Assembly: GCA_964199315.1 (NCBI GenBank)
Contig: OZ116711.1
Coordinates: forward strand, 10,602,001 to 10,666,000
DNA: 64,000 nt
Reading direction: 5' to 3'
DNA from: Orbicella franksi
Taxonomy: Eukaryota
The position numbers and the translations under genes were made by a program. Positions within the stretch are counted from its first letter, which is position 1. Each line of letters begins with the position of its first letter. The notes under the pieces were generated by a model. That model was not told where the DNA came from and made no database searches. It saw only the letters and a list, made by a program, of their open reading frames with translations. Below, one piece after another: positions 24,097 to 37,523 of this stretch.

Positions 24097-25558
24097 TTGT
24101 TGACCAGGTCACCAATCTAGAAATTTCTGATGACGAAGCCATGGTTTCTTTTGATGTCGTCTCACTCTTTACTGCCATCCCAGTTAAGAAAGCTTGTGAA
24201 TACATCAGAAAAAACTCAATGAAGATACAACCCTACATCTAAGAACCAGCCTCACTACAGATGATATTGTTTCTCTTCTGGACTTTACTCTCTCAAACAA
24301 TTACTTCGTTTACAATGACTCCATCTACAAACAGATCCATTGTTGCGCAATGGGCAGCCCCTGTTAGCCCTGTTGTTGCAAATCTCTGCAGGGAGATAAT
24401 CGACGAAACAGCCATCACTGCCTCCTCGACACCTCCAAAAATCTGGAAGCGTTACGACGATAGTTTTGTCATAATAAAGAAACATTCTGTCGCATTCTTT
24501 CATGACGCTCTTAAGGCAATTGACACAAAGATCGCCTTTACCATTGAACCTGAGAATAATGGACAGATACCCTTCTTAGACACCCTGGTATCCAGGAACA
24601 ACAGCGTCATAACCATCGATGTTTACAGGAAATCTACCCACACAGACCAATATCTGGATTTTTATTCACACCACGAAATGAAACACAAGCTGAGTACTGC
24701 CACCACTCTCCTGAATCGTGCTTCTAATCTCCCAAGTACCCCCGAGGGAAAAGCGAAAGAATTAATCCACGTCACTGATGCTCTGAAATCGAACAGCTAC
24801 CCACTATCGATCATATCTAACATCTTGAAGAAGAAACCACCCCCGGTAATCACACCATCTCCAGAAGAATTGGTAGGAATGTTCTTTGGATAGGCTGATC
24901 CTTCTGATTTACACGTTGGCTCCGCAGTTTTACCATACATCAAAGGCCTAACTGAACCTCTCTCAAGACTTCTAAGAAACAATGGAATACAAACTACAAG
25001 CAGACCCCTTAAGACATTACAACAAGATTTTGTTTCTCCGAAATCAAGACCACCCGCGGAACTACAAACAAATGTCGTTTACAAGATCCCATGCGCCGAT
25101 TGTCCGTGGAGCCATATCGGCGAGACTGGTAGATGTTTACAAACAAGGAAGAAAGAACATATTAGAAACACAAAAACCTTTAAAAAAGGTTCCAACATTG
25201 CTTCACATGCCTGGTTGAACGACCATTTCATCGACTTTGACAATGCACGTGTGATTGACAAGGGAAATTTCCGTGTTAGAAAAACTCTGGAATCCTGGCA
25301 CACAACAATTACGAACCATGCTGACAATAATGCGAAACAATTACCAAGAAAATATTCAATTTTATTTTGATCCTCACATTAGCATTTTTACTAGCACACA
25401 AGCATTTCTATTGTTTTTTATTATAATTTTGTTTTTTCACACTTTCCTCAGTATACATTTCAACGTTCGCGCTTTCTATCTATTACTCGTTAAAGACTAC
25501 AGACTGGTAGTCGAAAGCTCGTTTTAAACAAATTTTTAACCAGAGATCGTTTTCCTAT
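24097..25558 (+). mobile_element. 5'-truncated Penelope-like retroelement (RT C-terminal half + GIY-YIG endonuclease), degenerate
   Basis: MVSFDVVSLFTAIP..PVSPVVANL..WKRYDD..IPFLD..VYRKSTHTDQYL, then NVVYKIPCADCPWSHIGETGRCLQTRKKEH. Frameshifted; absent from the other units. Confidence 0.92.
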
Positions 25559-28500
25559 GGCATGTTTTTCCCATACAGCGAAGCTATAAATTAACTTTTT
25601 AACAGCAGTGTTCTCAAACATGAACAAGCTTTACAATAACCTTGTATTACAGACCTGTATCTTTTCTAGCCTCCCAATTTTGTATTCTATTTGAACATTA
25701 ACTTTCATTCAATTACCAGAAAACAAGTAGACTGAAAACCGTGGATAAACACTTTCTAACCGCCTAAAACCAATGTCCAGAGCACTCTGGGTGAACCAGG
25801 CATCTTGTTTTGTGTCTTCTGACCATAAGTCAATTACTTCAATGTTTCGCTTACCCTCTTCCACCTAAAACAAACTTTAAAGACTGATAACACAGCCCTT
25901 CCAGTAAAATGAACCACAAAATGTTGATCTTAACCAACAGAATAATTCACTCCTTTAAATGCTTATGCCATACACTGTAACTCTATCACAGATTATGTGA
26001 ACTTTGACAAAGGCAAAAAACCATATACTGTATATTACTGCAAGTAGTCCTGACCGGAGAACACAACATATAAATTTAATGCAATACGTTTCTTGCCATA
26101 TATATCAAACATAGTATGTTAACTACTGGGTCACACAGTTTTACATGTATTTACATATATGGCTAGATTTTTAAAAGTCATTGGCTTCCCTGGTGAAGAA
26201 TTCAGGATAAACCTGGTGGATTTTTGTCTGCCCTGGTGGAGTTTTTCTTAAAAACCTGGTAAACAACCAGGTTCCACCAGGTCCACCAGAGGGGTGTAAC
26301 ACATGCATCAATACAATAGACCGACGTTGAACAAGGTACACGCATTGTGAATGTCATGTACTGTAGAAAAAGTAAGTTCCTGGTCTAAACAATTTCATTT
26401 TGGTCTACCAACCCAAAAGACCTGTCACGAATAGGAATATCATTGCAGGGATTACAGACAAAAAATGAGGAAAAAAAGACAGGAAAAAGCTTAGCCTGGT
26501 CGGACACTCTGACCGGGCATTTCTGCTAAAATGAAAAATATTTTAACTGGAAATTTGTGGCCGAATATGGGACAAGTTATTTTGTTATACTGCTACACAA
26601 TGCTACGCAAAAAGCATTGTTATCGGTTTTGTTTTATTCTAATTCTGAGAATTTTATCACGTGCAGTGCGCCGTCTCAAATGTCGAATTGTAAACACATC
26701 ACAACAGCGCCACTATTCCTGTGTGTTAATTTACGCATTTTGCGGTGGCCTTGTGAAAGATCGTGAAGCCCCATTTAGTCTGAATTACGTTCGTCTGAAA
26801 AACTACTTAGAACTGAGGTCTTATGTAATTACTCGTTGTTTGTTACCACCAAGTGTTGTGGAATTAATTGTTAGTTGTAATACATTGACCCGATTGAAAT
26901 ATTATGGAAATTGAATTCTATGGAAATTAAAATATTATAGAAATTGAATGTCAATTATGACATTGTAGTCATTATTGACTATAATATAGTCAATTATGAC
27001 TACAATGTCTCCTGGCGAAAGGTTGTTGAGGATATACTGATAGTACCACCTTGATGTTAAGTAAGCGAATTAGGTGAGCCAAGTACTCATCTTGATTTGA
27101 TAGAACTTGCTTTCACAACTTCACAAGTGAGGCCTTCTTCTGTTGATCACTAACCCTCTTAACTGCTTCAGTAGCTTGCTTCCTCACCTCATGAAACGGT
27201 TTAATATCTAACGAAACATGGTCATGTTCAGCCGAACAATCTTCAAGAGCATAGTCAATTATGACTGCAATTTACCGTGGCGAAAGGTTGTTGAGGATAT
27301 ACTGATAGTATCCACCTTGATGTTTTGTGCAAATTAAGTGAGGCAAGTGCTCATCATGATTTGTTAGATCTTGCTTTCACGACTTCACAAGTGAGGTCTT
27401 CTTCTGCTGATCACGAACCCTCTCAGCTACTTTAGTAACTTGCTTCCTCACCTCATGAAACTGTTCAATATCTAACGAAACATGGTCATGTTCAGCCGAA
27501 CAATCTCCAATAGCATAGTCAAGGCACAGCTCAGCACAAGGGGAATGACTCTCAACCTAGCTGTACGCTGAGGCAAGGAGGACCATTGATCAGATGGCCA
27601 ACTTTTTTTGTTGCTCTCGTTTATTCAGCATTGTTTTAACATTATAGATGAACAAACCATGTCATTTTTAACTTCGATCACTATTTATTAGTCCCTAAAA
27701 TAGTTCCTATATTATGTTATTTTAACGGCACAATACTAGTTGACCTAAACAGTGTATTTGCCCATCTCCTTTTCATTTCCCCTTTTTCCTTCTTTTTGTG
27801 ACAAACTTATCTAAATGTAATGATCTTGACTCTACTTTATCCCGTAAACTTTGTAAACTTTCTACAACTCAATCTCTAACGTTTGTCAGTTTGTCAATGA
27901 ACAAGGCATCACAACTGACAAAGGAATAATACCTTAGAGTAGGTTTTTCTTCTTAAAAAATCAAAAAAAAAAAAATCTGCTCATAAATGCAGTTTTATTG
28001 TAGTTGTCAAGGTCCTATGTGACCTCTGAGCTAGTGCCAAATTCACTCTTTCATCAAAAAGCTATACAAAGCAAATTGAAAGCAAAATTAAGCAATTGTA
28101 CACCAGCCGCTTTTAACAGCATCATTTGAGGAACCGCTCCAATTGTGTGCTATACAACTATCATAGTATACTATCTGTAATAATAATAATAATAAAAGTA
28201 TACCTGCTTGTTAAATTTCATCTTGAGAAACTTTTGATAATCTCTGGTATCTCTCACAAGCTGAGAGTGGGTAGTATCCAAAACTCCTTGGTTCTTGATG
28301 TCATCAAGGACAGACAGGAGGGAATCAAAGTTGGAATGGCCAAAATCATCTCAAAGAATGCACAGTACAGCAAGCATTGAGTTCGATGGAAAGTTCTTTG
28401 CTATGTGAGCATAAATATAGCTTCTTTTAACTCCATTTAGAAACTTGAGCTGGTATTGTTGCACCACATCTTTTATGTCGCACTGCCAGTAGCGAACACC

Positions 28501-29051
28501 AGTTTCCTTTCCATCCACGATAACACTCCTGCAGGATGATGGACGGGATATGTCATCCTGGTGAAGGAATTTCTCTAATTCATAAATTATTTCTGGACTA
28601 AGAGCCAGCTGGCCCGTGAAGGGGAGTTCATCTTGAGGGACACCGCCCCTGCCAAATAATATAGAATGAACTCTGGCCGCTGTTATGGTGCTCTTTGAGC
28701 AACTAAACTAGGACTGCAGTACTGACTGACTGAAGTTCCAGGGTCTGCTAAATCTGCGAGCCAGCGAGCCATGCGAGCCACGGCGCGAGCCATGCGAGTC
28801 ATGCGAGTCATGGGAGTCATACGAGTCATGCGAGCCATTTTTGCGAGTACTTTTTTTTTTTTTCATCAGTTGGTCTGGTAGGTCGTCGACTTTTCACCAA
28901 GAAACATAGATCTCGCGCCCGACTATCACTAAACTATCGCTATAAACCGCCCGCCCGCCATCTTGAAAGCGGAGATGACCCTGTGGACGAGTATAAACGG
29001 TATAACCTCGCTCCCAAGGTACGCTCTCTTTCCCTGGGAAATTAATTTTAA

Positions 29052-30822
29052 AGTGCACCTAAACGAATCTACATGTTATTTGAAATACTTCTGCGAAAAA
29101 ATTTTTGGATTTGGTTAAATCCTCGATTTTCTGTGCCCCGTCGAAATCTCAAAAATAGCCCTAAAACACCGCCATTTTGTTTCACGACCGAGTTTGAGGA
29201 GAATGAGTCCAGCGGCTCTTGTGACGTCTACCCAGGAAGGTCGAATATCTCACGTCCTCTCATTTCCTTTAGGATGGTGCAATACACATTCCAAAAGTGC
29301 GCAGAAATGCCTTCCAGAAGTGCTCTCGGCTGTTGCAGCAATATCCCAGATCTAAATAAAGACATACTGTACAATTTACTGGCGATGATCGGTCAATGGA
29401 ACAATAAAGACATAAACGATGGTTGATTTTGTCGAACCGAAACAAGCGAACTGAGTCTGTGAGAACCTTTGAAGAACTCTCACTGGAATTTGTTCCGCAG
29501 ACTTTCAAACACTATTTTCAAAATTTTCTGCTTAAAGCCAACCAGCAATTTTTCTAAATACTACCGACAACCTATATCTTCGAGTCCGGCAGTATTTATA
29601 ACATAGCCGGCAAAATTGTGTGATCAATCAAGAAGCGTTACGACCAAATATACCGTGTAAAGAGGTCGCAACTGTACGCCGCCAACCAGCACTTATTTCT
29701 CTTTCAATTTAGATAAAAGTCGAAGATTAATCCTTTAAAATTACATGATAACAAAATTGTTACACTCACAGACTTTTGCGAAGGTTTGAACATCAGCACT
29801 GCGACAAACATTCTATACATAAGTGTCGAAAATATGACCGCGTAACATTATCTGCAGACCGCTTAGGGAACTCATCCTTTTCGCTTATCCGACGAATTAC
29901 ACTGCAAACTCTGAAAAAAATTTACACTGGTTATTTGGAGTTACGACTTAAAACGTGTGACAATGTGAAATCGGTAATTGTATGAAATGTTTCCTTCCGT
30001 CTTGCTTCCCGCAGCTTCAAAAATACAGGTCCAAACAATTCTACGATTTTCAATCCATCTAAGCCAGTGTTTTGGAGGTCATCAAGTCTCGAAAACTGCA
30101 ACACTTACATCGCTCTTATAAACATGAAGCATTCCAGAAAGTAAAACACAAACTGGATTTAATAGAACAACCATACCTTGACAAAATACATTCTCGCTAA
30201 GGACAAAGGTAAACGTGCTATAAACACGTGTGGGAGTCTTGTGTCTAGGTGACGAAATTTCCATCCAAAGCAGTCCTTGAGTTTTCTTTCCTGCTTTTCG
30301 TTTGCTGGCTCCTCCACTTCGTATCTAGCTTTCCATTCCTAATATACAAGCAGCCCGTCTGCAAAGAAGTCTTCCCCGTCGTCGCTTGAAATATTGTAAA
30401 TTGTTCTCAAAGCTCTAAGCAGTGAGTTCACAGTTATCGAACATGCTCGATCGAAGTTTATTTCGGTGTCTTCTGAATCGAAACCTAACTCTGACTCCAG
30501 TGACGAAAAAGAAATGATTCTGAAACAAAACTTGGACGTTTTAGTCTTAAAATATATTGGAACGATTAGTTTTGTTTTCCATTTTCTTGAGCAAATACAG
30601 AGAGTTGACTGAGCCGCCATTGTGTTTGGTTCCTGGGTAGACGTCATCAGCAACCACCGCCCCAGACTCCCTGAAACGCGGTCGTGTAACACTTCAGGCG
30701 TGACTTTGATAGGGCTTAGAAAATCGAGGATTCAACCAAATTCAAAAATTTTTTCGCCCAAATGCTCCGAATAACAATTGGATTCGTTTTAGCGATAAAC
30801 AATTTTTGGGGTTAGGTGCACT
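29052..30822. mobile_element. TTAA-flanked Kolobok-like element nested in the hAT-like element
   Basis: TTAA|AGTGCACCTAA ... TTAGGTGCACT|TTAA, plus inner inverted similarity (ttggttaaatcctcgattttct / agaaaatcgaggattcaaccaa). Confidence 0.82.
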
Positions 30823-30942
30823 TTAAATTTAGCTACAAAAGTGCCTACAATTGAAATATTCTCAAAAGAAAATCCTAGTCTCGCTTCGGTTACCAGAACT
30901 ATTGCTGGTGCGGCAAATATGAAAAATGCTCTAAACATCTGC

Positions 30943-31182
30943 GCTGGGTTGCTCGAAAGCCGGTTAACGCTAACCCAGGATTAAAAGTTAACCGAAGTAT
31001 TAATTTTTCTTGTGTAAAAATGTTCGTTACTGCTCGCCTTTTGTATAGTTTGAGCTTAGTCAAGCTCAAAACTGAAAGACAAACATTATAAGCAGAAAAC
31101 CTCACCGAAAAATTACAAAACTGAAATCACAGTTCTTGCTAATCCTGGGTTAGTTTAATCGGGCTTTGAATAACCCAGCCCT
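30943..31182. mobile_element. MITE
   Basis: ctgggttgctcgaaagccggttaacgctaacccagga ... tcctgggttagtttaatcgggctttgaataacccagccctg inverted ends. Confidence 0.7.
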
Positions 31183-33031
31183 GTACATTGTGCCAAGTCT
31201 TGCGTCATAGTAATGGCTACCCTGAGTGTGATGAATTATTTTCTTTGTTTCATATTTTTGTTGTTTGGAGAAAATTTTGTCTATTCAAATCGCACAGGAT
31301 CCGCAAAAAATAAAAACAATGCGTCAAAAATTTATTAAGGTTCAAGGCTAAAGTAAAGAAAATTTTCTGAGAGAAACGTACGGCTCCACCGCCCCACTGT
31401 TACTCGAAAGGTAGGTGAATGCTATCCATTAACACCTGTCATTCATTGATATCCACGTTGAAAATCATTCAAGAAAAAAGAGAACAGTACTTCATGATCA
31501 GGGCAACTCCGTGTATTGGCGTCAAGAATGGTGAGTGAATCGCGTAATTTTAACAGGTTCGCTCTTTAGTGAATCAGAGTTATCAAAACTTTGTCGGTTG
31601 GCTGACTGCTGCATGTCAGTTGTCTTTTCCCTTAGAATTTAACATTGCAAGAATTTAATATTGCGATCTTACTCATCTTGTTGCGTTTCCCTTGTTCTTG
31701 TTCTCATGTAAATATAAATGTAACAAATAAAAAATCTTAACATTTGTTCTAGGGCTCGCATGACTCGCATGACTCGCATGGCTCGCATGGCTCGCCCTTT
31801 GGCTCGCACGTTTATGAAACTCGAAGTTCCATGCCACAATTAAAGGAAGCCTCCGTCGTTCATCTCCACGTTTACTGACTCTTCCAAGAGCTTTTGCCCC
31901 CTCAGTTCTGCTCTCTTTTCCTTCCACCTCTAACCCACTCACTTCCACTTTACTATCTTTCATGCTTCTTCCAATCAACGATTTCTGGGAAACTTTTGCT
32001 CTCTGACCCTGAATTTGCTTGCTTTTCTCTCGGTCTTTGGATTCCTTGTAATCCTTTGCTAGCGACTTCAAAAATTTGTCATCATGTCCAGTTCCAGAAG
32101 ACGTTGAAAATAGATCTTTGTACTCGCTCTGCAATTTTTTGGATTGGATGATGCCTTTAATTATAGCACGAGTTCCAGCTTCTCCCAAAGACGTGTAGCT
32201 TTTGACGAGATTCTTCATTTTGTTAAAAATTTCTGACTTCAACTCACGTCTTCGGCGTTCTTCAAGCAACTCGTAACTAGAGTGAAGATAGCTCGTTTCA
32301 GGAAATTCATCAATTTCTCAAATTATCATCTTTTTCTACTTGATAAAGATCTACATGCAGATCAGGGTCGAAATCGTCGCACATTTGTCGATCCTCTTCT
32401 CAATTCTAGCCTACAAAATAAACAATTTCGATGACTATTTATATAATTCAGAAGATACACCTGGATACATAACCCTCACGTGGAGGAGAACCTCACAAGC
32501 AGTATGAAATCAGTGTATCTCACCTCGAGTGTTTCGCATTTTTTTTGACGCCGAATTGTTTCCCGGCAGAAAGTACAGATCTTCCTTTTCCGTTCTTTGT
32601 GTCCAGAAGAACTCCATTTCTCTGTACCACACAACTTTTCCTCCGCATAAGTTGCGATAAACATCTGTTTCATGCCTGGATCTCCGTGACTCCACTCCGC
32701 ATGTTGCGGGCAAGAACAAAGCTTCTTGAAAGGCATTTATCCCACGATAGAAAGTATAAAAAATGCAGCGAATAGTTTACTTAAACTTTAATAAGCTCTG
32801 ATATAAAAATTTGATGGATCCAATATTGATCCAATATTGCGTCGCGCAAGGTGCAGCACATTGTCGGCTCTTTCTTTTCATTGGCGCATAGAACAATGGC
32901 CAAGAGCCGAGAGACGCAAAATAGGGGCTTGGAAAAGAAACATGCAATAAAGCGAGTTTTTTTTTTTTTTTAATTTTTACTTTTCTCTTGGATGTTTTTT
33001 GCGTTTTTTCGATGTCACCCAGTCAGATGCC

Positions 33032-33775
33032 TCGATTTAATTGAAATTGAATTTAAATAGTTCGCACCTTTTAATGACTTTTGCCGTTAGCCTTCCTACC
33101 TCTTGCCCGGACCAAAATGTCCTAAACAAGGTGCCGTTTTGGTAAGATGTAGTAGCCTTGTTTTGATTGTCCTCGATAATGACAGGCACTCATGCGGAAA
33201 ACATCTCGTGCCCCTGTGGATAAGCACGATGTTGTCGGTTGTAGACAGCTATTGGTACATAACAGAGCGTCTGGCCTCGGAATGTCAGCTCCACAGAATA
33301 GATTACATGCAACTGAGAAATCCACCACCTCTCTTTGTCGTATTGTGCAGGAAATGGCAAAATGTGCTTGATGGCTTGATAATGAAAAGCCTTAAAGAGA
33401 GCATCGAACCACATCACTGGAACGACTACTGGCGGCTCATTGATACCACATATCAATCGCCTTCTTTCCATTGAAAAGCGCCTTACCATTATTGTTATAA
33501 TTTACAACACCCACTACTGATTTATCATTCAAAAGCCACGGTTCAGAGGCTCTAAACGGTGTCAGTCTTTTTATTTATTGAGAACTGAACGAGTTGAATC
33601 CAAGATCTACATCATCATCTAAGAAGATGTAGCAATGGTAGTGACGTATTCTCTCATCAGCTGTCGTCGTTAGTGTTGCATTCGATTCGGCTTCACGTAA
33701 GTCGGCAACTCTTGCAGTAACTCTTTTAGCAAAGAAGAGACCGACAAAGAAAATTGATTTTGTCGTGGCACTTGT
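33032..33775 (-). pseudogene. Glycosyltransferase-like remnant, unit B (internal deletion)
   Basis: Homologous to 22109-23110; about 250 bp deleted at ~33655 (gacgtattctctc|atcagctg). Confidence 0.65.
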
Positions 33776-36700
33776 TCTCCACTTTCTAAATCATTACGCA
33801 ATCGTACCCAACATACAATTTTATGGCTGATGTCTGCAAAATGTGAATCGAGCCTGGACTTTCCTTCTCCAGCTTCGAAGTTATTGTACTCTTTCAATGT
33901 GAAATTGAAAATATTGTTGACCTCCGCCAGGTAGAAAAGGACCACATTGTTGTGATAATGTGGTCCATTGTCTAAGGGTATAATGAAAAGAGCTTGTAAG
34001 CACAGGGTAAAATATTAAGACTGGAATACATTGTTACATAGCTGCGTTAACTTTACAATGTTTGCCTACACTCAAAGATCCGACTGCATGTACGAATAAT
34101 TGTAGTAGCATTTTAAAGCCATTCTTATATTATACTGTTTCTATAATTTCAGTATCCAAATATTTCCTAGAGGATGACTGACCACTTAGAAAATCCAAAT
34201 GTCTTAGGGGTTTCAACTGGGCCATTGATCTTAACCAACAGAAAAATTCACTCCTTTAAATGCTAATACCATACACTGTGACTCTATCACAGGCTATGTG
34301 AACTTTGACAAAGGTAAAACAACTATATACTGTATATTACCGCAAGAAGTCCTGACCGGACTACACATGCATAAATACAATAGACCGAAGTTGAACAAGG
34401 TACACGCATTGTGAATGTCATGTTCTGTAGGAAAAGTAAGTTCCTGGTCTAAACAATTTTATTTTGGTCTACCAACCCAAATAACTTGTCACGATTAACA
34501 ATATGCAGGGATTACAGACAAAATATAAAACTTACACTGAATTCAGCTAGGTTGATTACCGGTTTAACCGGAAAATTGATATCACCTACAGCAAATCAGC
34601 CCTACTAGTATCTCCAGGACATGTACAGTAACATACATAGTTTATTTACTTGAGCAATAACAAAGAATCTATGAAGGAAGATTCCTCTTTTTCCATACAA
34701 CTCACGCTGGTTAACGTTTCCCTTGTTCTCATTCCAAGCTCAACCTTCATCTTGTAGTCAATTATGACTACAATTTTCCCTGGCGAAAGGTTGTTGAGGA
34801 TATACTGATAGTATCCACCTTGATGTTTTGTGCGAATCAAGTGAGCCAAGTACTCATCATGATTTGATAGAACTTGCCTCCACAACTTCACAAGTGAGAC
34901 GTTCTTCTCTTGATCACTAACCCTCTCAACTCCTTCAGTGACTTGCTTCCTCACCTCATGAAGCTGTTCAATATTTAACGAAACATGGTCATGTTCAGCC
35001 GAAAAATCTCCAATAGCATAGTCAAGGCACAACTCGGCACGAGGAGAATGACTCTCAACCTAAAATCCAAAATAAATAAATCAAAAAATAATCAACCGGT
35101 GCACTTAAAATATTCAACTAAGCATTAATGCTGATGAGTGAACCTTACAACTTCCGACATTTCTAGCTGTACGCTGAGGCAAGGAGGACCATTGATCAGA
35201 TGGCCAACTTTTTTTGTTCTGTCGTTTATTCAACATTTTTTTAACATTATAGATGAACAAACCATGTTATTTTTAACTTCAATCACTATTTATTACAACC
35301 TAAAATAATTTTGTTTATTATGTTATTTTAACGGCACGATACCAGTTGACCTATACAGTGTATTTGCCCATCTCCTTTCCATTTCCCCTTTTTCCTTTTT
35401 TTGTGACAAACTTATCTAAATGTAATGATCTTGACTATACTTTATCCCGTAAACTTTTTAAACTTTCTACGACTCAATCTCTAACGTTTGTCAGTTTGTC
35501 AATAAACAAGACATCACAACTAAAAGAGGAAGAATACCTCAGAGTAGATTTTCCTTCTTTAAAAACTAAAAAAGAATCTGCTCAGAAATCCAGTTTTATT
35601 GTAGTTGTCAAGGCAGTGTGTGACTTCTGAGCTAGTGCCAAATTCTCTCTTTCATCAAAGAGCTATGCAAAGCAAATTGAAAGCAAAATTAAGCAATTGA
35701 ACACCAGCCACTTTTAACAGCATCATTCGAGGAACCGCTCCAATTGTGTGCTATACAACTATCATATTATACTATCTATAATAATAATAAAAATATACCT
35801 GCTTGTTAAATTTCATCTTGAGAAACTTTTGATAATCTCTGGTATCTTTCACAAGCTGAGAGTGGGTAGTATCCAAAACTCCTTGGTTCTTGATGTCATC
35901 AAGGACAGACAGGAGGGAATCAAAGTTGGAATGGCCAAAATCATCTCAAAGAATGCACAGTACAGCAAGCATTGAGTTTGATGGAAAGTTCTTTGCTATG
36001 TGAGCATAAATATAGCTTCTTTTAACTCCATTTGGAAACTTGAGCTGGTATTGTTGCACCATATCTTTTATGTCGCACTGCCAGTATTTTCCTTTCCATC
36101 CACGATAACACTCCTGCAGGATGATGGACGGGATATGTCATCCTGGTGAAGGAATTTCTCTAATTCATATATTATCTGTGGACTAAGAGCCAGCTGGCCC
36201 GTGAAGTGAAGTTCATCTTGAGGGACACCGCCGCTGCCAAATAATATAGAATGAACTCTGGCCGCTGTTATGGTGCTCTTTGAGCAGCTAAAGTTGGACT
36301 GCAGTACTGATTGACTGAAGTTCCATGCCATGCACAATTGAACGAAGCCTCCATCGTTCAACTCCACGTTTACGGACTCTTCCAAGAGCTTTTTCCACCT
36401 CAGTTCTGCTCTCTTTTCCTTGCCCCTCTAACCCACTCAATTCCACTTTACTATCTTTCATGCTTCTTCCAATCAACAATTTCTTGGAAACCTTTGCTCT
36501 CTGACCCTGAATTTTCTTGCTTTCTCACGGTCTTTGGATTCCTTGTAATCCTTTGCTAGCGACTTCAAAAATTTGTCATCATGTCCAGTTCCAGAAAACG
36601 TTGAAAATAGATCTTTGTACTCGCTCTGGAACTTTTTTGATTGGATGATGCCTTTAATTATAGCACGAGTTCCAGCTTCTCCCAAAGACGTGTAGCTTTT

Positions 36701-37238
36701 GACGAGATTCTTCATTTTGTTAAAAATTTCTGACTTCAGCTCACGTTTTCGGCGTTCTTCAAGCATCTCGTAACTAGAGTGAAGATAGCTCGTTTCAGTA
36801 AATTCATCAATTTCTCAATATATCATCTTTTTCTACTTGATAAAGATCTACATGTAGATTAGGGTCGAAATCGTCGCACATTTGTCGATCCTCTTCCCAA
36901 TTCTAGCGTACAAAATAAAACATTTCGATGACTATTTATATAATTCAGAAGATACACCTGCATACATAACCCTCGTGTGGAGGAGAACCTCACAAGCAGT
37001 ATAAAATCAGTGTATCTCACCTCGAGTGTTTCGTATTTTTTTGAAGCCGAATTGTTTCCCCCAGAAAGAACAGATCTTCCTTTTCCGTTCTTTGTGTCCA
37101 GAAGAACTCCATTTCCCTGTACCACACAACTTTTCCTCCGCATAAGTTGCGGTAAACATCTGTTTCACGCCTGGATCTCCGTGACTCCACTCCGCATATT
37201 GCGGGCAACAACACAGCTTCTTTAAAGCATTTATCCAA
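33775..37238 (-). pseudogene. Sola3-like transposase exons, unit B (exon 4 deleted)
   Basis: Exon 3 35059-34650 (..HDEYLAHLIRTKHQGGYY..VIIDYKMK..YGKRGI.LH); exon 5 ~33970-33775; deletion junction at ~34220. Confidence 0.75.
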
Positions 37239-37523
37239 CGATAGAAAGTAAAAAAAAAGGCAGCAAATAGTTTACTTAAACTTTGATAAACTCTGATATA
37301 TAAATTTGATGGATCCAAAATTGATCCAATATTGCGCCGCGCTATGTGCAGCACATTGTCGGCTCTTTCTTTTCATTGGCGCATAGAACAATGGCCATAC
37401 TTGGCCGAGAGACGGAAAATAGGGGCTTGGAAAAGAAACATGCAATAAAGCGATTCTTTTTTTTTTTTACTTTTTTCGTAGCTGTTTTTTTGCGTTCTTT
37501 TCGATGTCACCCAAGGAGATGCC

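Larger units (their letters stand above)
28740..31822. mobile_element. Non-autonomous hAT-like element in transposase exon 2 of unit A
   Basis: 8-bp direct repeat GAAGTTCC at 28732-28739 and 31823-31830. Imperfect TIRs followed by subterminal (catgcgagc/t)n arrays, inverted at the two ends. Confidence 0.8.
23110..32736 (-). pseudogene. Sola3-like DDD transposase, exons 1-5, unit A (multiply interrupted)
   Basis: Exon 1 from ATG 32736 (MPFKKLCSCPQH..ICTFC); exon 2 32410-28204 (..RRRELKSEIF..ERRRL..ARVH..G.GG..DDFGHSNF..); exon 3 ~27555-26986 (EYLAHL..KHQ..VIIDY, internally duplicated); exon 4 25864-25717 (IDLWSEDTKQDAWF..YLFS); exon 5 from ~23711 (DNGPHYHN..LDSHF..GNDLESGE). Confidence 0.75.

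Noticed and set aside
35346-35975. ORFs recurring in several units (MTYTVYLP.., MLYNYHII..; also MPGPKCPK.. at 33103)
   Set aside because: They recur only because the DNA is duplicated. They are antisense to the transposase introns/exons or the GT-like ORF and show no domain signal.
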